Of a DNA stretch of 64,000 nt, positions 9,227-20,613 are shown in pieces. The DNA is from Candidatus Freyarchaeum deiterrae (GTDB taxonomy: Archaea; Asgardarchaeota; Jordiarchaeia; Jordiarchaeales; Jordiarchaeaceae): positions 1,600,001 through 1,664,000 of the forward strand of contig CP147778.1 in the NCBI GenBank assembly GCA_037305845.1, given 5' to 3'. A program made the translations under genes and the position numbers. Below the pieces are notes generated by a model. The model saw only the letters and a list, made by a program, of their open reading frames with translations. It was not told the origin of the DNA and made no database searches. Position 1 is the stretch's first letter; the number at the start of each line of letters is the position of its first letter.

Positions 9227-12200
9227 ATGAACGTTAAAAATGAAACAAATTTAAGTGAAACGTTCTTGAAGCCGGGGAGTATTCTAGAAGGCCCTTTCTG
9301 GCCTGAACGCATAAAGATTATTTCTTATAAAGAAATTGGAACTGGCGTCGAAGTTCAAGGTATAGGTTTAAAGTCTGAGCGATTCTACTCGCGCATTCTG
9401 CGGAAAAGTGATTTGGAAAAGGTGAAGAGAGTTGATTTGAGAAGGAAGGATTTTTCTGGAGATTCGGAAGCTTTCTTTTTAGTAATGGAAGGTAAGAGAA
9501 TTCGTTTTGCTTTCCAGTTTGACCCTCTATACGCAGTTAATGTCTCACAAATCGACCCTTTGCCTCACCAGATCGACGCTGTTTATCACTACGTCCTAAA
9601 GCAGCCGAGAATTAGATTCCTTATTGCCGATGACCCTGGCGCCGGCAAAACCATCATGGCCGGGCTTATACTTAAAGAGCTAAAGCAGAGGGGAATAGTT
9701 GAGAGAGTTCTTATAGTTATACCTGGACACCTCAGGGATCAGTGGGTTAGAGAGCTTAAGGAGAAGTTTGGCGAAACTTTCCGTACTATGGATAGGTCTG
9801 TAATGGACGCTTCGTGGGGGCGTAACATTTGGCTGGAAGAGAACCAAGCAATAACTTCAATGGATTTTGCAAAACAGAAAGATGTTATATTGAGCTTGGC
9901 GGAAACAAGATGGGATTTGGTCATTGTTGATGAAGCACACAAGATGGCAGCTTACGAGTATGGCGAGAAATTAAAGAAAACTGATAGGTACCAGCTCGGA
10001 GAGCTTTTATCAAAAAACAGCAACTTCATGCTCTTTTTGACCGCCACACCCGACAGGGGAGACCCGAGCAATTTTAGGCTTTTCTTAGACTTGCTTGAAC
10101 CCGGATTCTTTGCAACGAATGAGATGCTTGCAGAATCCATACAAAATAAAGACAATCCTCTCTTCCTAAGACGAATGAAAGAACATTTAAAGAACTTTGA
10201 CAATACGCCTTTGTTCCCTCCAAGAAAAGTAATAACAATCAAATATCGTCTGAGCGAAGATGAGAAACGTCTCTACAATGCTGTAACAGAATACGTTGAG
10301 AAACATTATAATAGAGCTATGCAAAAAAATAAGAGGAATGTCGCTTTCGCTCTCCTGATTCTTCAGAGGCGATTGGCATCTAGTGTAAGAGCTGTGAGAA
10401 GATCCTTGGAACGGAGAAGAGACCGTCTTCTAGAATTACACGAGCAGGGAACAATAATACAAGAAGCAGGATATATAGACGAAGAAGCCTTGGATGATTC
10501 CACAGAGCTTGAGAGATGGAAAAAGGAAGACGAACTGCTAGAAAAACTCACTTCCGCCGAAACACTCGATGAACTTGAAGATGAAATCGAGAGACTTAAC
10601 GAACTCATTAAATTGGCTAAGGAAGCCGAAAAGAAAGAAGTTGAAACAAAGCTTAACGAGCTCAAAAAGGTGATAGATGAAGAGAAACTTAAGAATGGAG
10701 AAAAGCTCCTGATATTCAGCGAATCTAAAGACACACTTGAATACCTAGTTGAAAAAATACGCAAGTGGGGCTATTCTGTAACATACATTCACGGCGCAAT
10801 GAACCTTGATAAAAGAATAAACGCGGAGCATGAGTTCAAAGAGAAGGTCCAGATAATGGTTTCTACAGAGGCTGGTGGAGAAGGAATAAACCTTCAGTTT
10901 TGCTGGATAATGGTTAACTATGACATTCCTTGGAATCCTAATAGGCTCGAGCAGAGGATGGGACGGATACACAGATATGGACAGAAGTACGAAGCCCACA
11001 TTTACAATCTCGTAGCTATTGACACAAGGGAAGGCAGAATTCTTGAAACACTTTTCAACAAGCTTGACATCATCAGGATGCATCTGGGAAGTGACAGAGT
11101 TTTCGATGTCATTGGAGATGTGCTACCTGGACGGAGCCTTCAAGACCTTATTATAGAAGCCATCACAAACAAACGCTCTTTAGAGGATATATTGAAGGAT
11201 ATCGAAAGAATTCCTAATGAGGAAGCTATTAAAAGGACAAGAGAAGCAACTCTTGAAGGTCTCGCAACAAAATACATCGACTTGACCCGCATTCTGGGCG
11301 AGACAAGAATAGCAAGAGAAAGCAGATTAGTCCCAGAATACATCGAGAAATTCTTCCTCAAAGCCTCAGAGAAGCTCGGCTTGAAGGTAGAGAAGAGAAA
11401 GGACGGTTTCTACAGAATAGCTAGTATTCCATATGAACTTAGAAAACTTCCTTTCGAATTCAAAACCAAGTTCGGCGAAGTTTACAGAGAATATGGCAAG
11501 CTTTCTTTTGATAAAGAGCAAGCATCAAAGGGACAAGCAGAGTTTGCAGCACCCGGACATCCTCTTCTTGAGGCAGTGGTGGAGAAGATTTTCGAAAAAT
11601 ACAGTGATGATGTTGAGAAGGGCACTGTTTTCTTAGATCCTTCTTGCAATATGAATGGTTATATCTGGTTTTTAGAGAGTATGATAAATGACGGGACAGG
11701 CTCTGTTGCTGGCAAGAGAATTTTCGCGCTATATCAAGACAGCCAGAATGAAATAAGACAGATTTCTCCCTCGGTTCTCTGGGACTTAAAGCCTCATCAC
11801 GCTTCGATGAACACGGAATTGCTGAACGCAGTGCCAAATGAAGATGTGATTCTTACTTTTGCTGTGGAAACTGTTTTGCCAAAATACCTTGACGAGTTAA
11901 AGAAGCAAAGGGAGCATGATGCAGAAATCAAAAGAAAGTACGGAGTTAGGTCTATTAAAGAACTAATTCTGCAATCCGAGGGAAAATTGCTCGATTATGA
12001 AACGAGAAGAGCGAAGGGGGAAAACATTCCAGAAGCCACAATCCAGAATGAGAGGAGAAACCGGGAGGAGTTGGAGAGAAAGAAGGAACAGCTTGAAAAG
12101 CAAATAGAGGCAGAAGTCAACCTTTTACTGTCGCCGCCGAAAATTCTTGGGGTTGTGGTTGTGTTGCCTAAGCTACCCGAAGACGATACTCTTAAAGAGG

Positions 12201-12580
12201 ATAAGGAGATTGAAGAAATTGGGATGCGTGTTGCAATGGATTTTGAAATTGCTCAAAGTCGAAGCCCGGAGGATGTTGCCGCTCAGAATTTAGGCTTTGA
12301 CATACGTTCAAAAGCGACAGATGAGAACATTAGGTACATAGAGGTTAAAGCTAGGGCAAGAGAAAGCAAGATAGCACTTACCCCTAATGAATGGTTAATG
12401 GCTCATAGATTGGGAAACGAATACTGGCTTTATGTTGTGGTAAATGCTTCCAAGACACCTGAACTTTACACAATACAAAATCCAGCAGAGAAACTAAAAC
12501 CTGAGGAAGAGACAGAAGTCGTTCGATACATCGTAACAGAGTGGAAAGACGCAGCTAACAAAGAGATAGTAGATGGTTGA
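9227..12580 (+). CDS. SNF2-family helicase with C-terminal DUF3883-like nuclease domain
   Basis: [45 protein letters not shown]-terminal GFDIRS...YIEVK...LTPNEW. The start may lie further upstream (ORF opens at 9116). Confidence 0.9.
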   Translation: MNVKNETNLSETFLKPGSILEGPFWPERIKIISYKEIGTGVEVQGIGLKSERFYSRILRKSDLEKVKRVDLRRKDFSGDSEAFFLVMEGKRIRFAFQFDPLYAVNVSQIDPLPHQIDAVYHYVLKQPRIRFLIADDPGAGKTIMAGLILKELKQRGIVERVLIVIPGHLRDQWVRELKEKFGETFRTMDRSVMDASWGRNIWLEENQAITSMDFAKQKDVILSLAETRWDLVIVDEAHKMAAYEYGEKLKKTDRYQLGELLSKNSNFMLFLTATPDRGDPSNFRLFLDLLEPGFFATNEMLAESIQNKDNPLFLRRMKEHLKNFDNTPLFPPRKVITIKYRLSEDEKRLYNAVTEYVEKHYNRAMQKNKRNVAFALLILQRRLASSVRAVRRSLERRRDRLLELHEQGTIIQEAGYIDEEALDDSTELERWKKEDELLEKLTSAETLDELEDEIERLNELIKLAKEAEKKEVETKLNELKKVIDEEKLKNGEKLLIFSESKDTLEYLVEKIRKWGYSVTYIHGAMNLDKRINAEHEFKEKVQIMVSTEAGGEGINLQFCWIMVNYDIPWNPNRLEQRMGRIHRYGQKYEAHIYNLVAIDTREGRILETLFNKLDIIRMHLGSDRVFDVIGDVLPGRSLQDLIIEAITNKRSLEDILKDIERIPNEEAIKRTREATLEGLATKYIDLTRILGETRIARESRLVPEYIEKFFLKASEKLGLKVEKRKDGFYRIASIPYELRKLPFEFKTKFGEVYREYGKLSFDKEQASKGQAEFAAPGHPLLEAVVEKIFEKYSDDVEKGTVFLDPSCNMNGYIWFLESMINDGTGSVAGKRIFALYQDSQNEIRQISPSVLWDLKPHHASMNTELLNAVPNEDVILTFAVETVLPKYLDELKKQREHDAEIKRKYGVRSIKELILQSEGKLLDYETRRAKGENIPEATIQNERRNREELERKKEQLEKQIEAEVNLLLSPPKILGVVVVLPKLPEDDTLKEDKEIEEIGMRVAMDFEIAQSRSPEDVAAQNLGFDIRSKATDENIRYIEVKARARESKIALTPNEWLMAHRLGNEYWLYVVVNASKTPELYTIQNPAEKLKPEEETEVVRYIVTEWKDAANKEIVDG

Positions 12581-15285
12581 TATGGAGGATAAAAGGCTTA
12601 TAGAAGTTGATTTCCCATTAAAAGAAGTAAGTGAAGAATCAGCGAGGGAGAAGAGCATTCATCGTGGTCATATTTCCGCCCTTCACATTTGGTGGGCTCG
12701 TCGACCACTAGCTGCGTCTAGAGCAACTACTTTTGAAGCTTTAGTTCTTGTGCCAGATAATCATGAAAAGTTAATGAAAAAACTCGAGTTTGTTGCAGAA
12801 CTTTCGAAATGGGAAAACTCTCTGAACCAAAATTTAATAGAAAAGGCTAGAGGAGAGATTAGAGATTTTTTTGGTGAAAGAATACCTAAAGTCTTAGATT
12901 GTTTCGCTGGCGGAGGAGCAATCCCTTTAGAGGCGCTAAGGTTGGGATGCAACACTTATGCGTTGGAATACAACCCTGTTGCTGTTTTGATACTTAAGGC
13001 TATACTCGAATATCCCCAAAAGTTTGGAAAAGGAAAAACTACAGTAAAAAGAGAGCTTCATTCAGCGAACAATCAGCTCATTGACGATGTTAAAAAATGG
13101 GGAAACTGGGTATTGGAGGAAACTAGGAAAGAAATCGGAAAGTTTTATCCACCAGACCCTGACGGAAGCACTCCTGTGGGTTATATATGGGCAAGGACTG
13201 TAAGATGCAATAATCCCTCCTGCGGCACTGAAATCCCTCTTGTAAGGCAAACTTGGCTTGCTAAGAAGAATGTCAAGAAGGTTGCTTACAAGGTTATTTC
13301 TGAAAACAATAAAATTGGGTTTAAAATTAAGGAAGATAATGGAATAGACTTTGACCCAGAAATAGGCACTGTTTCAAGAGCAAAGGTCATTTGCCCTTGT
13401 TGTAGAGGGGGGCTATCAGATAAAGAAGTAAGAAAACAATTTGTTGATAGAAAAGCGGGGCAGATGATGGTTGCAGTCGTGCTTCATCATTCGAAAAGGC
13501 CAGGCAAAATCTACCGGCCCTGTACTGAAAATGATATACACGTTTTCAGAGAAGCCGAGAAATATCTACAGAAGAAGAGAAAAGACCTCTTTGACAAATG
13601 GGGGTTCGATCCTGTGCCAGATGAACCAACACCAGAAGGAAAGGGTAGCGGGGCTGAAAGAGCATTTTCAGTACGTAGCTATGGTCTCGATACCTGGGGT
13701 GATCTTTTCAACTCAAGACAGAAATTAGCGTTAATAACCTTTGTAGAAAAAGTGAGAAATATAAATAAGAGTATAATCGAGAAAGGGTACGAGGAAGAAT
13801 ATGCAAAGGTCGTGGCGAGTTATTTGGCACTGGGAGTCGATAAAGTAGCAGATTATAATAATGTCTTATGTCAGTGGAGAAATAATCTTGAGACTGTTGG
13901 ACATGCCTTCGCAAGGCAAGCGTTACCAATGCTTTGGGATTATGTGGAGGGAAATCCAATAACGGGTACTTCAGGAACATGGTCAGGCGCAATTGAATGG
14001 ATTGGAATGGCAGTCGATGCTTCCGAAAAAGTTTCTTCTTTCTCTGCTACTTTATCTCTATCCTCTGCCACAGATCTTCCATATTCCGACGACTTCTTCG
14101 ACGCAGTAATCACTGATCCACCCTATTACGACAATGTGCCTTATTCTTACCTGTCTGATTTCTTTTACGTTTGGCTCAAAAGGACAATAGGGGATTTATA
14201 CCCTGAATTCTTCTCAACTCCTCTTACACCCAAATCAAAGGAGATCGTGGCTTATTCTCATGGTAAGAGTGGCTTAAGAAGGAAAAAGATCCTTTGAGGG
14301 TATGATTACTCAATCCTTTAAAGAAATCCATAGAGTTTTGAAGTATGATGGTATAGCCGTAATAGTGTTTGCTTACAAATCTACCGAGGCATGGGAAACC
14401 ATCATTAATAGTCTTCTAAAATCAGGTTTGGTACTCACAGCTTCTTGGCCAATTCATACAGAGATGAAGGCAAGGCTTAGAGCTATGGAAAGCGCAGCCT
14501 TAGCTTCTTCTGTCTATATGGTGTGTAGAAAGCGCACGGAAGAAAAGATTGCATATTTTAACGAAATAAAAGAAGAGATTGAAAGTAGAATCAAGGAAAA
14601 ACTTACCCAGTTTTGGCAACAGGGCATAAGCGGTGCGGACTTCTTTGTTAGCGCAATAGGTCCTGCTGTAGAAGTATTTGGAAAATACTCAAAGGTCGAA
14701 AAATTTTCGGGTGAAGAGGTTTCTGTTCAGGAATTGTTAGAATATGTGAGAAAAATTGTGAGTGAATTCGCTTTGGAAAGAGTTTTAAAAAGAGCGGATC
14801 TGGGAGGAATAGACGCTGAAACAAGATTCTACTTGCTGTGGAGATGGACATTTGGCAATGCCAAAGTGCCTTTTGACGACGCAATAAAACTTTCCAGACC
14901 CATGGGCGTTGAGCTTACAAAATTATGGGATGGTGGAGAACTCGTCAGAAAAGAAAAAGGATCCGTCAAAGTCCTTACTTCTCAAGACAGGGCAAAAGAT
15001 CCTTCCTTCTTAAGAAAAACAAAGTTCAAATCCATGATAGATGTTCTTCATTACGTGTTAGTGTTGTGGGAACATGGAGAAAGAGAAAAAGTCAAGGAAA
15101 TCTTGAGTGAGACAGGGTATGCTGGAAACGAGATATTTTGGCAAACTGCTCAAGCCATTTCAGAAATTCTTCCAAAAGGGGATAAAGAAAAGCAATTACT
15201 TCAAGGATTTCTTTACGGTAAAGAAGTTTATGTTAAAGCAGCTAGAGGAAAAACAAGTTTACTTGATTATATGGAGAGTGAATAA
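12573..15285 (+). pseudogene. DUF1156-family adenine DNA methyltransferase, split by a frameshift near 14275
   Basis: [23 protein letters not shown] and TDPPYY in ORF 12573-14297. The expected continuation [14 protein letters not shown] is in the frame of ORF 14302-15285. Could be an assembly indel. Confidence 0.75.
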
Positions 15286-17946
15286 ATGAGCGTAAAGCCT
15301 TGGTGGCAAGTCGCAGTCCCACATAAGGACATTCGAGAAGGCAGATTGGAAGAAGCTGTCTTCGCAGCTAATCTCGGGGATGTATTCCAAAACAAAGGCC
15401 CTATAGACTACAGAGACCCAGAACTCTTCTTTAAAGGAACATACTTCACCGCTGGACTAACCAATCTAATCGGAGCTGTTCTATCAAAACTCTCAGGCAA
15501 AAGAAAAGGCGACACAGTCGTCCAAATTCAAACACCTTTCGGTGGTGGCAAAACCCACGCGTTACTCGCATTATATCACACTTTCAAATATGGCAACAAA
15601 ATTGCACACATACCAATAGTTAAAAAAATACTGGAAGAAAATAAACTTGAAGGCATACCAGAAACAAAGGTCGTAGTTTTTGTAGGAGAATATGGAGACC
15701 CGCTTAAGGGCAAAACCCTCTGGGGAGAAATAGCCCACCAACTTAAATCTTATAAACTTATGGAGGAATACGACCAAAAGCGTGTAGCCCCTGGAAAAGA
15801 GCTAATAGCTGGCCTCCTCTCGAAAAACCAACCCGTTCTCATACTGATAGACGAACTCCTGCAATACGTTGTAAGAACCATGGGCGTTAAAGTTGAAGAA
15901 GGAACACTGAAAGGTCAGGTCGAAGCTTTTCTCAAGACGCTCACAGAAGCTGTGGCGTCCGCTGATAACTGCGCCATAATCTCTACGCTTCCTTCAAGTG
16001 TCTCTGAAGGCTTTGAAGATGCAGAAAAATCCGAAAGAATCTTGGGAGAACTTCAGAAAATCTTCGGAAGAGTAGAAAAAATCTATGCTCCAGTTGAGGG
16101 CGAAGAAATCTACGAAATAATAAGAAAGAGACTTTTCGAAGAGCTAGGAGATGAAAGCGAACATAGAACAGTCGCAGAAGAATACTTTAATATGTACCAA
16201 AAACTCGGCGAGGACATCCCATCCGAGTACAGAGAAGTGGCTTACAAAGAAAGAATTGTGCGAGCTTACCCTTTTCATCCAGAAACGATAGATATACTCT
16301 TTGAAAGATGGGCAACAATTCCCGGTTTTCAGAGAACTAGAGGGGTGCTGAGACTCTTAGCCGAAGTTGTGGCAGACCTTTTCATGAAAGAACATTCAGC
16401 TCCACTAATCCAGCCAGCCCACTTAAATTTCGAAAATACCTCCATAAGAAGAGAATTCGTTAAACATATTGGAAACGCATTCGAAGGAGTAATTGCTTCA
16501 GATGTTGACGGCCCAGCGGCTAAGGCACCGAAAATAGACAGAGAAATGGGAACAGAATATGCAAGGTTCAAAGTTGCAACAGGCCTAGCAACTTCCGTAT
16601 TTTTCTACTCATTTAGCGGCAGCGAAAGAAAAGGAGTAACTACTCAAAGACTTAGACTAGCGTTTCTCCGTCAAGGCATACCTGCTACAATTGTAACCGA
16701 CGCCTTAAGAAGACTTGAAGACGAACTTTGGTTCCTCCACTTCGAAAAGAACCTTTACTCCTTTAGCAGCACAGTTGGTCTTAACCGAGTCGTGATAGAA
16801 AAGGAAGAAGCAGTAAAAGATGAGGAAGTGGAAGGAGAAATTAGATGGAGAATAGAAAAGATCCAAGGCACAGACTTCACTGTCTACACATGGCCAAAAA
16901 CAAACAGCGATGTCCCAGACAACAAGAAACTCAAACTCATAGTGCTTTCCCCAGAGTTAATGATAAATGACCCAACAACCGAAAATTTCGTTCAAAATAT
17001 AATTAACAAATATTCAACTGGGTTCAGAACATACAAAAACACTTTAATGTTCCTGATAACCGATCCTAACGAGTACGAAGGACTTAAAAGAATCACTCGT
17101 CGCTTTTTAGCTCTCAACGCAATAAAGGAAGACAGTGAAACCATGAAAAGGCTCACCGAAGAGGACAGTAAACGAGTGGAGCAGAAGCTAAAAGATGCCG
17201 ATGCTTCCCTACCAATTAAACTTCTTTCAGCATATCGCTACTTGGCTAAGGCTTCAAGAGACGGAAACCAAACATTCGATCTAGGCATACCAACCATAGG
17301 TGAAAAGCCAAATCTCGCAAAAAGGGCAAAACAATATCTCAAAGACCAAGAAATAATACTAGGCAAAGTTTCCCCAAAATTCCTTTTAGAAAAAACATTT
17401 TCTAAAGAGGACGAACACAAAAGCGTCACAGAAATATGGGAAGCCTTTCTCAAATACCCAGAATTGCCAATACTTGAAGACGAAAAAGTGCTAAAAGACG
17501 CCGTAGTTCAAGGGATTCAAAACGGAACCTTCGGACTGCTGATAGATGACAAAATACAATACGGAGAAGTTATTTCTCTTCTAAAAGTTGCAGAAGAAGC
17601 TCAAATCATAAGAAAGGAAATCGCCCAAAGAATAAAAGGAGAAGAAGAAAATCCCACAATCAGAATAGAAACAAAACCCAAACCAGAGGATCAAGGCATA
17701 AAGGGCGCAAGCAAAAGTGGGGCCGTAAGGAAATTTATACTTAGAGCAAATGTGCCATGGGATAAACTTTCAGAACTAATGCGAGGAGTCTTCACACCCC
17801 TAAGTCACGAGGGAGCCCAAATATCTCTAGAGGTCAAAATAGAAGCGCAGTCTGAACAGGGAATCAGCAAAGATACCTTAAACCTGAAAATAAAAGAAAC
17901 ACTATGCCAAATAGGAGCAATTGTTTTAGAAGAGAAGGAAGAATAA
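15286..17946 (+). CDS. DUF499-family AAA+ ATPase
   Basis: PWWQVAVPH N-terminus, QTPFGGGKTH Walker A, LIDE, YPFHP, FQRTRGVLR. Confidence 0.9.
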   Translation: MSVKPWWQVAVPHKDIREGRLEEAVFAANLGDVFQNKGPIDYRDPELFFKGTYFTAGLTNLIGAVLSKLSGKRKGDTVVQIQTPFGGGKTHALLALYHTFKYGNKIAHIPIVKKILEENKLEGIPETKVVVFVGEYGDPLKGKTLWGEIAHQLKSYKLMEEYDQKRVAPGKELIAGLLSKNQPVLILIDELLQYVVRTMGVKVEEGTLKGQVEAFLKTLTEAVASADNCAIISTLPSSVSEGFEDAEKSERILGELQKIFGRVEKIYAPVEGEEIYEIIRKRLFEELGDESEHRTVAEEYFNMYQKLGEDIPSEYREVAYKERIVRAYPFHPETIDILFERWATIPGFQRTRGVLRLLAEVVADLFMKEHSAPLIQPAHLNFENTSIRREFVKHIGNAFEGVIASDVDGPAAKAPKIDREMGTEYARFKVATGLATSVFFYSFSGSERKGVTTQRLRLAFLRQGIPATIVTDALRRLEDELWFLHFEKNLYSFSSTVGLNRVVIEKEEAVKDEEVEGEIRWRIEKIQGTDFTVYTWPKTNSDVPDNKKLKLIVLSPELMINDPTTENFVQNIINKYSTGFRTYKNTLMFLITDPNEYEGLKRITRRFLALNAIKEDSETMKRLTEEDSKRVEQKLKDADASLPIKLLSAYRYLAKASRDGNQTFDLGIPTIGEKPNLAKRAKQYLKDQEIILGKVSPKFLLEKTFSKEDEHKSVTEIWEAFLKYPELPILEDEKVLKDAVVQGIQNGTFGLLIDDKIQYGEVISLLKVAEEAQIIRKEIAQRIKGEEENPTIRIETKPKPEDQGIKGASKSGAVRKFILRANVPWDKLSELMRGVFTPLSHEGAQISLEVKIEAQSEQGISKDTLNLKIKETLCQIGAIVLEEKEE

Positions 17947-18245
17947 CAAGAGTTTAGTGTCTTGATGGAGAACGAGAATACAGGACATTACTTGATACAG
18001 CTGAAAAGATGTTAAATGTATGCCTACTCAACCAACTATGACGAATTCCATTCATTAATGAAAACATAGTAAAGTCATCTAACCTCATATTTATTCACTC
18101 ACAAATTAGTAGTGCTTAAGAAGTTCACTAAAATTTTTTTGACACCTTTAATTTCTTGCCGACCGGTATTTGTACGAAATTAAGCCGGTTGTTTCCTTCT
18201 TATTCTAATTTTTGATTTTCGACTTGTTAATTTTCAAAAAGGAGA

Positions 18246-18383
18246 TGGCGCACGGAGAGGGATTTGAACCCCCGCATCCCGCAAGGGATACTGGCTCTCA
18301 AGGCCTACGCTTGAAAGAGATACCTCATTCAACCAGCGCCGTTTGGTGGCACATTTCATGTGCTTCCGCTTGGCTATCCGTGC
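18246..18383 (-). tRNA. tRNA-Ser(TGA) with two BHB introns (18344-18363 in D-loop; 18305-18333 at 29/30), CCA encoded
   Basis: Acceptor stem GCACGGA/TCCGTGC. After splicing the anticodon arm is CTGGC-CTTGAGA-GCCAG. Long variable arm, GTTCAAATC T-loop, G73. Confidence 0.9.
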
Positions 18384-18513
18384 TTTCTGTTATTTGTTAG
18401 GTGTGATTGGAATATATTTATTTTTAACTTTTCTTGTTCTTTAATAACTTACCGTTTATATTCGAATGTTCGGATATGAAATAGTGTTTATGAATGTTTT
18501 TCTATTTAAAAGT

Positions 18514-19332
18514 TTATTTTTTGCTAAGCTGGTATAGTTCATCGAATATTTCGGGTCTAAGGTCTCGTAGTACTGGTGCTGCTATTCTTGATGCTTTTAA
18601 ATCCGAATAGTCGATTGTTGCGGTTACTAGGTCTTCCTCATCGTATTTTGCTTTTATTATTATTGTGCCGTCTGGGCCAACTATGCGGCTTCCTCCCCAG
18701 AAAATTAAACCGTCTTCAACTCCTACTAGGTTCACGTAAGCCAAAAAAACCGTATTTTCCATGGCTCTGGAGGATATAAATGTTTCAAAGTACCCGGTGC
18801 GGGTGGCAGGTGAAGCTGATATACAAACTATTAATTGTGAACCCATGAGCGTGAGCTGGCGTGCGATTTCTGGGAAGTATATGTCGTAGCAAATCATTAA
18901 ACCGATTTTTCCAATTTCGGTTTCCAGTATTTGTGTCTCGTATCCTTGTCTGAAATATCTTTTTTCTTCGAAAACTAAGTGTGTTGGTAGATATTTCTTA
19001 CGGTACTTTCCAATATACCCTTTTGGCCCCACCATTACTGAAGTGTTATATAAGACGCCTTCTCCGGCTTCTTCTACCATTCCGAATACTACATGTATAT
19101 CATTCTTGTTTGCAGTGTTCTCTATTTTTTTCACCGAGGTTCCAGGGATGCTTTCTGCTAGGGAGTAGTATTGGTCTTTGCATGAGTAGCCGGTGAGTAT
19201 TAGTTCTGGGAAGATTACTAGCTGTGCTTTTTGGCTTGCCGCTTCGGCTATTATTTTATTCATTTTTTGCAGATTCTTTTCTTTGTCTTCGAGTGTTGGT
19301 ACCATTTGTGCTAGGGCTAGCTTTACTTTCAT
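18514..19332 (-). CDS. Nitrilase/carbon-nitrogen hydrolase family amidohydrolase
   Basis: FPEL, YRKKYL and ICYDIYFPE (E-K-C triad). Confidence 0.92.
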   Translation of the reverse strand: MKVKLALAQMVPTLEDKEKNLQKMNKIIAEAASQKAQLVIFPELILTGYSCKDQYYSLAESIPGTSVKKIENTANKNDIHVVFGMVEEAGEGVLYNTSVMVGPKGYIGKYRKKYLPTHLVFEEKRYFRQGYETQILETEIGKIGLMICYDIYFPEIARQLTLMGSQLIVCISASPATRTGYFETFISSRAMENTVFLAYVNLVGVEDGLIFWGGSRIVGPDGTIIIKAKYDEEDLVTATIDYSDLKASRIAAPVLRDLRPEIFDELYQLSKK

Positions 19333-19429
19333 AAGTTCGTCTCCAACAATTTAATATATTTTGGGAATTATAGTAGCTTGATACACTTTTATGTTTATAC
19401 AAGTTATTTCTTATGGAGGCTTTAGTAGA

Positions 19430-20305
19430 ATGAAACTTTCAAAAGAGGTACTTAATATTGAGCCAGAATTTGTTGAGAAGCGTGTTCTTAAATTTATTCG
19501 TGCTCGGGTTACTGATGTGGGTGTTTCAGGAGTGGTTATGGGTCTGAGTGGAGGTATTGATTCTTCGGTTGTTGCTGCTCTTTGTGTAAAAGCTTTGGGC
19601 CCGGAAAGAGTATTAGGGCTGATGTTACCCGAGAAGGATAGCGATCCTAACGATATTAAAGATGCTGTAAAAATAGCTAAGCAGCTTGAAAATCCCTATG
19701 AAGTAGTAGATATAACTTCAATAATTAATGCTTGCCGGGAAACCTATTTAAAGGATGCCTCGGATGCTCCTACAGTAGTGGGAAATGTGAAGGCACGTGT
19801 ACGCATGTTAACACTTTATTGCTATGCAAATAAACTGCATCGCTTGGTCGTTGGTACTGGAAATAAAAGTGAAATATTAATCGGATACAGTTAACGGTTG
19901 ATCACCGTAACTGCCGAAAACTTTACCAAGTACGGCGACGGCGGCTCAGATATATTACCAATAGGTGATCTTTATAAAACCCAAGTTCGTCAACTGGCAG
20001 ATTTCCTAGAAATCCCAAAAGAAATAATTAAGAAAACTCCTACTGCGGGACTTTGGAAGGGTCAAACGGACGAAGCCGAAATTGGTGTTTCATACGATGT
20101 TTTGGACCTGATACTTTATGGTTTAGAACATTGGATGAATGAGTCGGAAATAGCGGAAGAACTCAATGTACCACTTGAAAAAGTGAATAAAATAGTAGAA
20201 ATGTGGAGGAAAAGTGAACATAAAAGAAAAGGCCCGGTTGTCTTTAAATTATCACATAGAACTCCAAGTTTAGACTGGAGGATTCCATTTAACTATTATG
20301 TGTAA
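19430..20305 (+). CDS. nadE: NAD+ synthetase, two exons (19430-19886, 19920-20305)
   Basis: GLSGGIDS, NVKARVRM and PTAGLWKGQTDE. Removing the 33-nt insert restores GTGNKSEILIGYFTKYGDGG. Confidence 0.92.
19887..19919 (+). other. 33-nt BHB-type intron in nadE mRNA
   Basis: TCGG-AT^A-[CAGTT a ACGGT tgatc ACCGT AACTG]-CCGA-AA^A. Contains an in-frame TAA. Confidence 0.85.
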
Positions 20306-20328
20306 AATAATGAAAAGGAGTGAATGAA

Positions 20329-20583
20329 ATGGGGCGTAGAAGAAGGAAAAAGGTTCAAAGAAGACCCGAAAAACGGATACCCACGGTGTTTACCTGCCCC
20401 TCATGTGGAGAGGATAGTGTAAAAGTGGAGATTAAAAAAAACGAGGGATACGCAGTGGTAGGATGTGGTAATCCTAATTGCGGGTTAAAGAAGAATATAA
20501 AAATTGGCAAACTTACGGAACCGGTAGATGCGTATAGCGAATTTGTGGATTCATTTTATGAAGAAGAAAAAGCAGCCAAATAA
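20329..20583 (+). CDS. elf1: Transcription elongation factor Elf1
   Basis: MGRRRRK, FTCPSC, CGxxxCG and EPVDAYSEFVD. Confidence 0.92.
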   Translation: MGRRRRKKVQRRPEKRIPTVFTCPSCGEDSVKVEIKKNEGYAVVGCGNPNCGLKKNIKIGKLTEPVDAYSEFVDSFYEEEKAAK

Positions 20584-20613
20584 GAAAGATATGGGGGCTT
20601 TTATTCTCTTTTT

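Larger units (their letters stand above)
1..18245. mobile_element. Putative genomic island adjoining the 3' end of tRNA-Ser(TGA); left boundary outside the window
   Basis: Only accessory and defence genes, with patchy GC (GC-rich ATPase at 5.5-8.5 kb). Core genes resume directly beyond the tRNA. No integrase or second att copy is visible in the window. Confidence 0.6.

Noticed and set aside
14265-14302. Methylase split as a third mRNA intron
   Set aside because: No extra sequence and no helix-bulge geometry. A small indel explains it.
17947-18245. att direct repeat or integrase for the island
   Set aside because: No duplicate of the tRNA 3' end and no recombinase seen within the window.
19898-20305. 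Separate gene starting at TTG 19898 (and likewise 59622-61637)
   Set aside because: These are second exons. The apparent starts are intron-internal or the conserved Leu codon.
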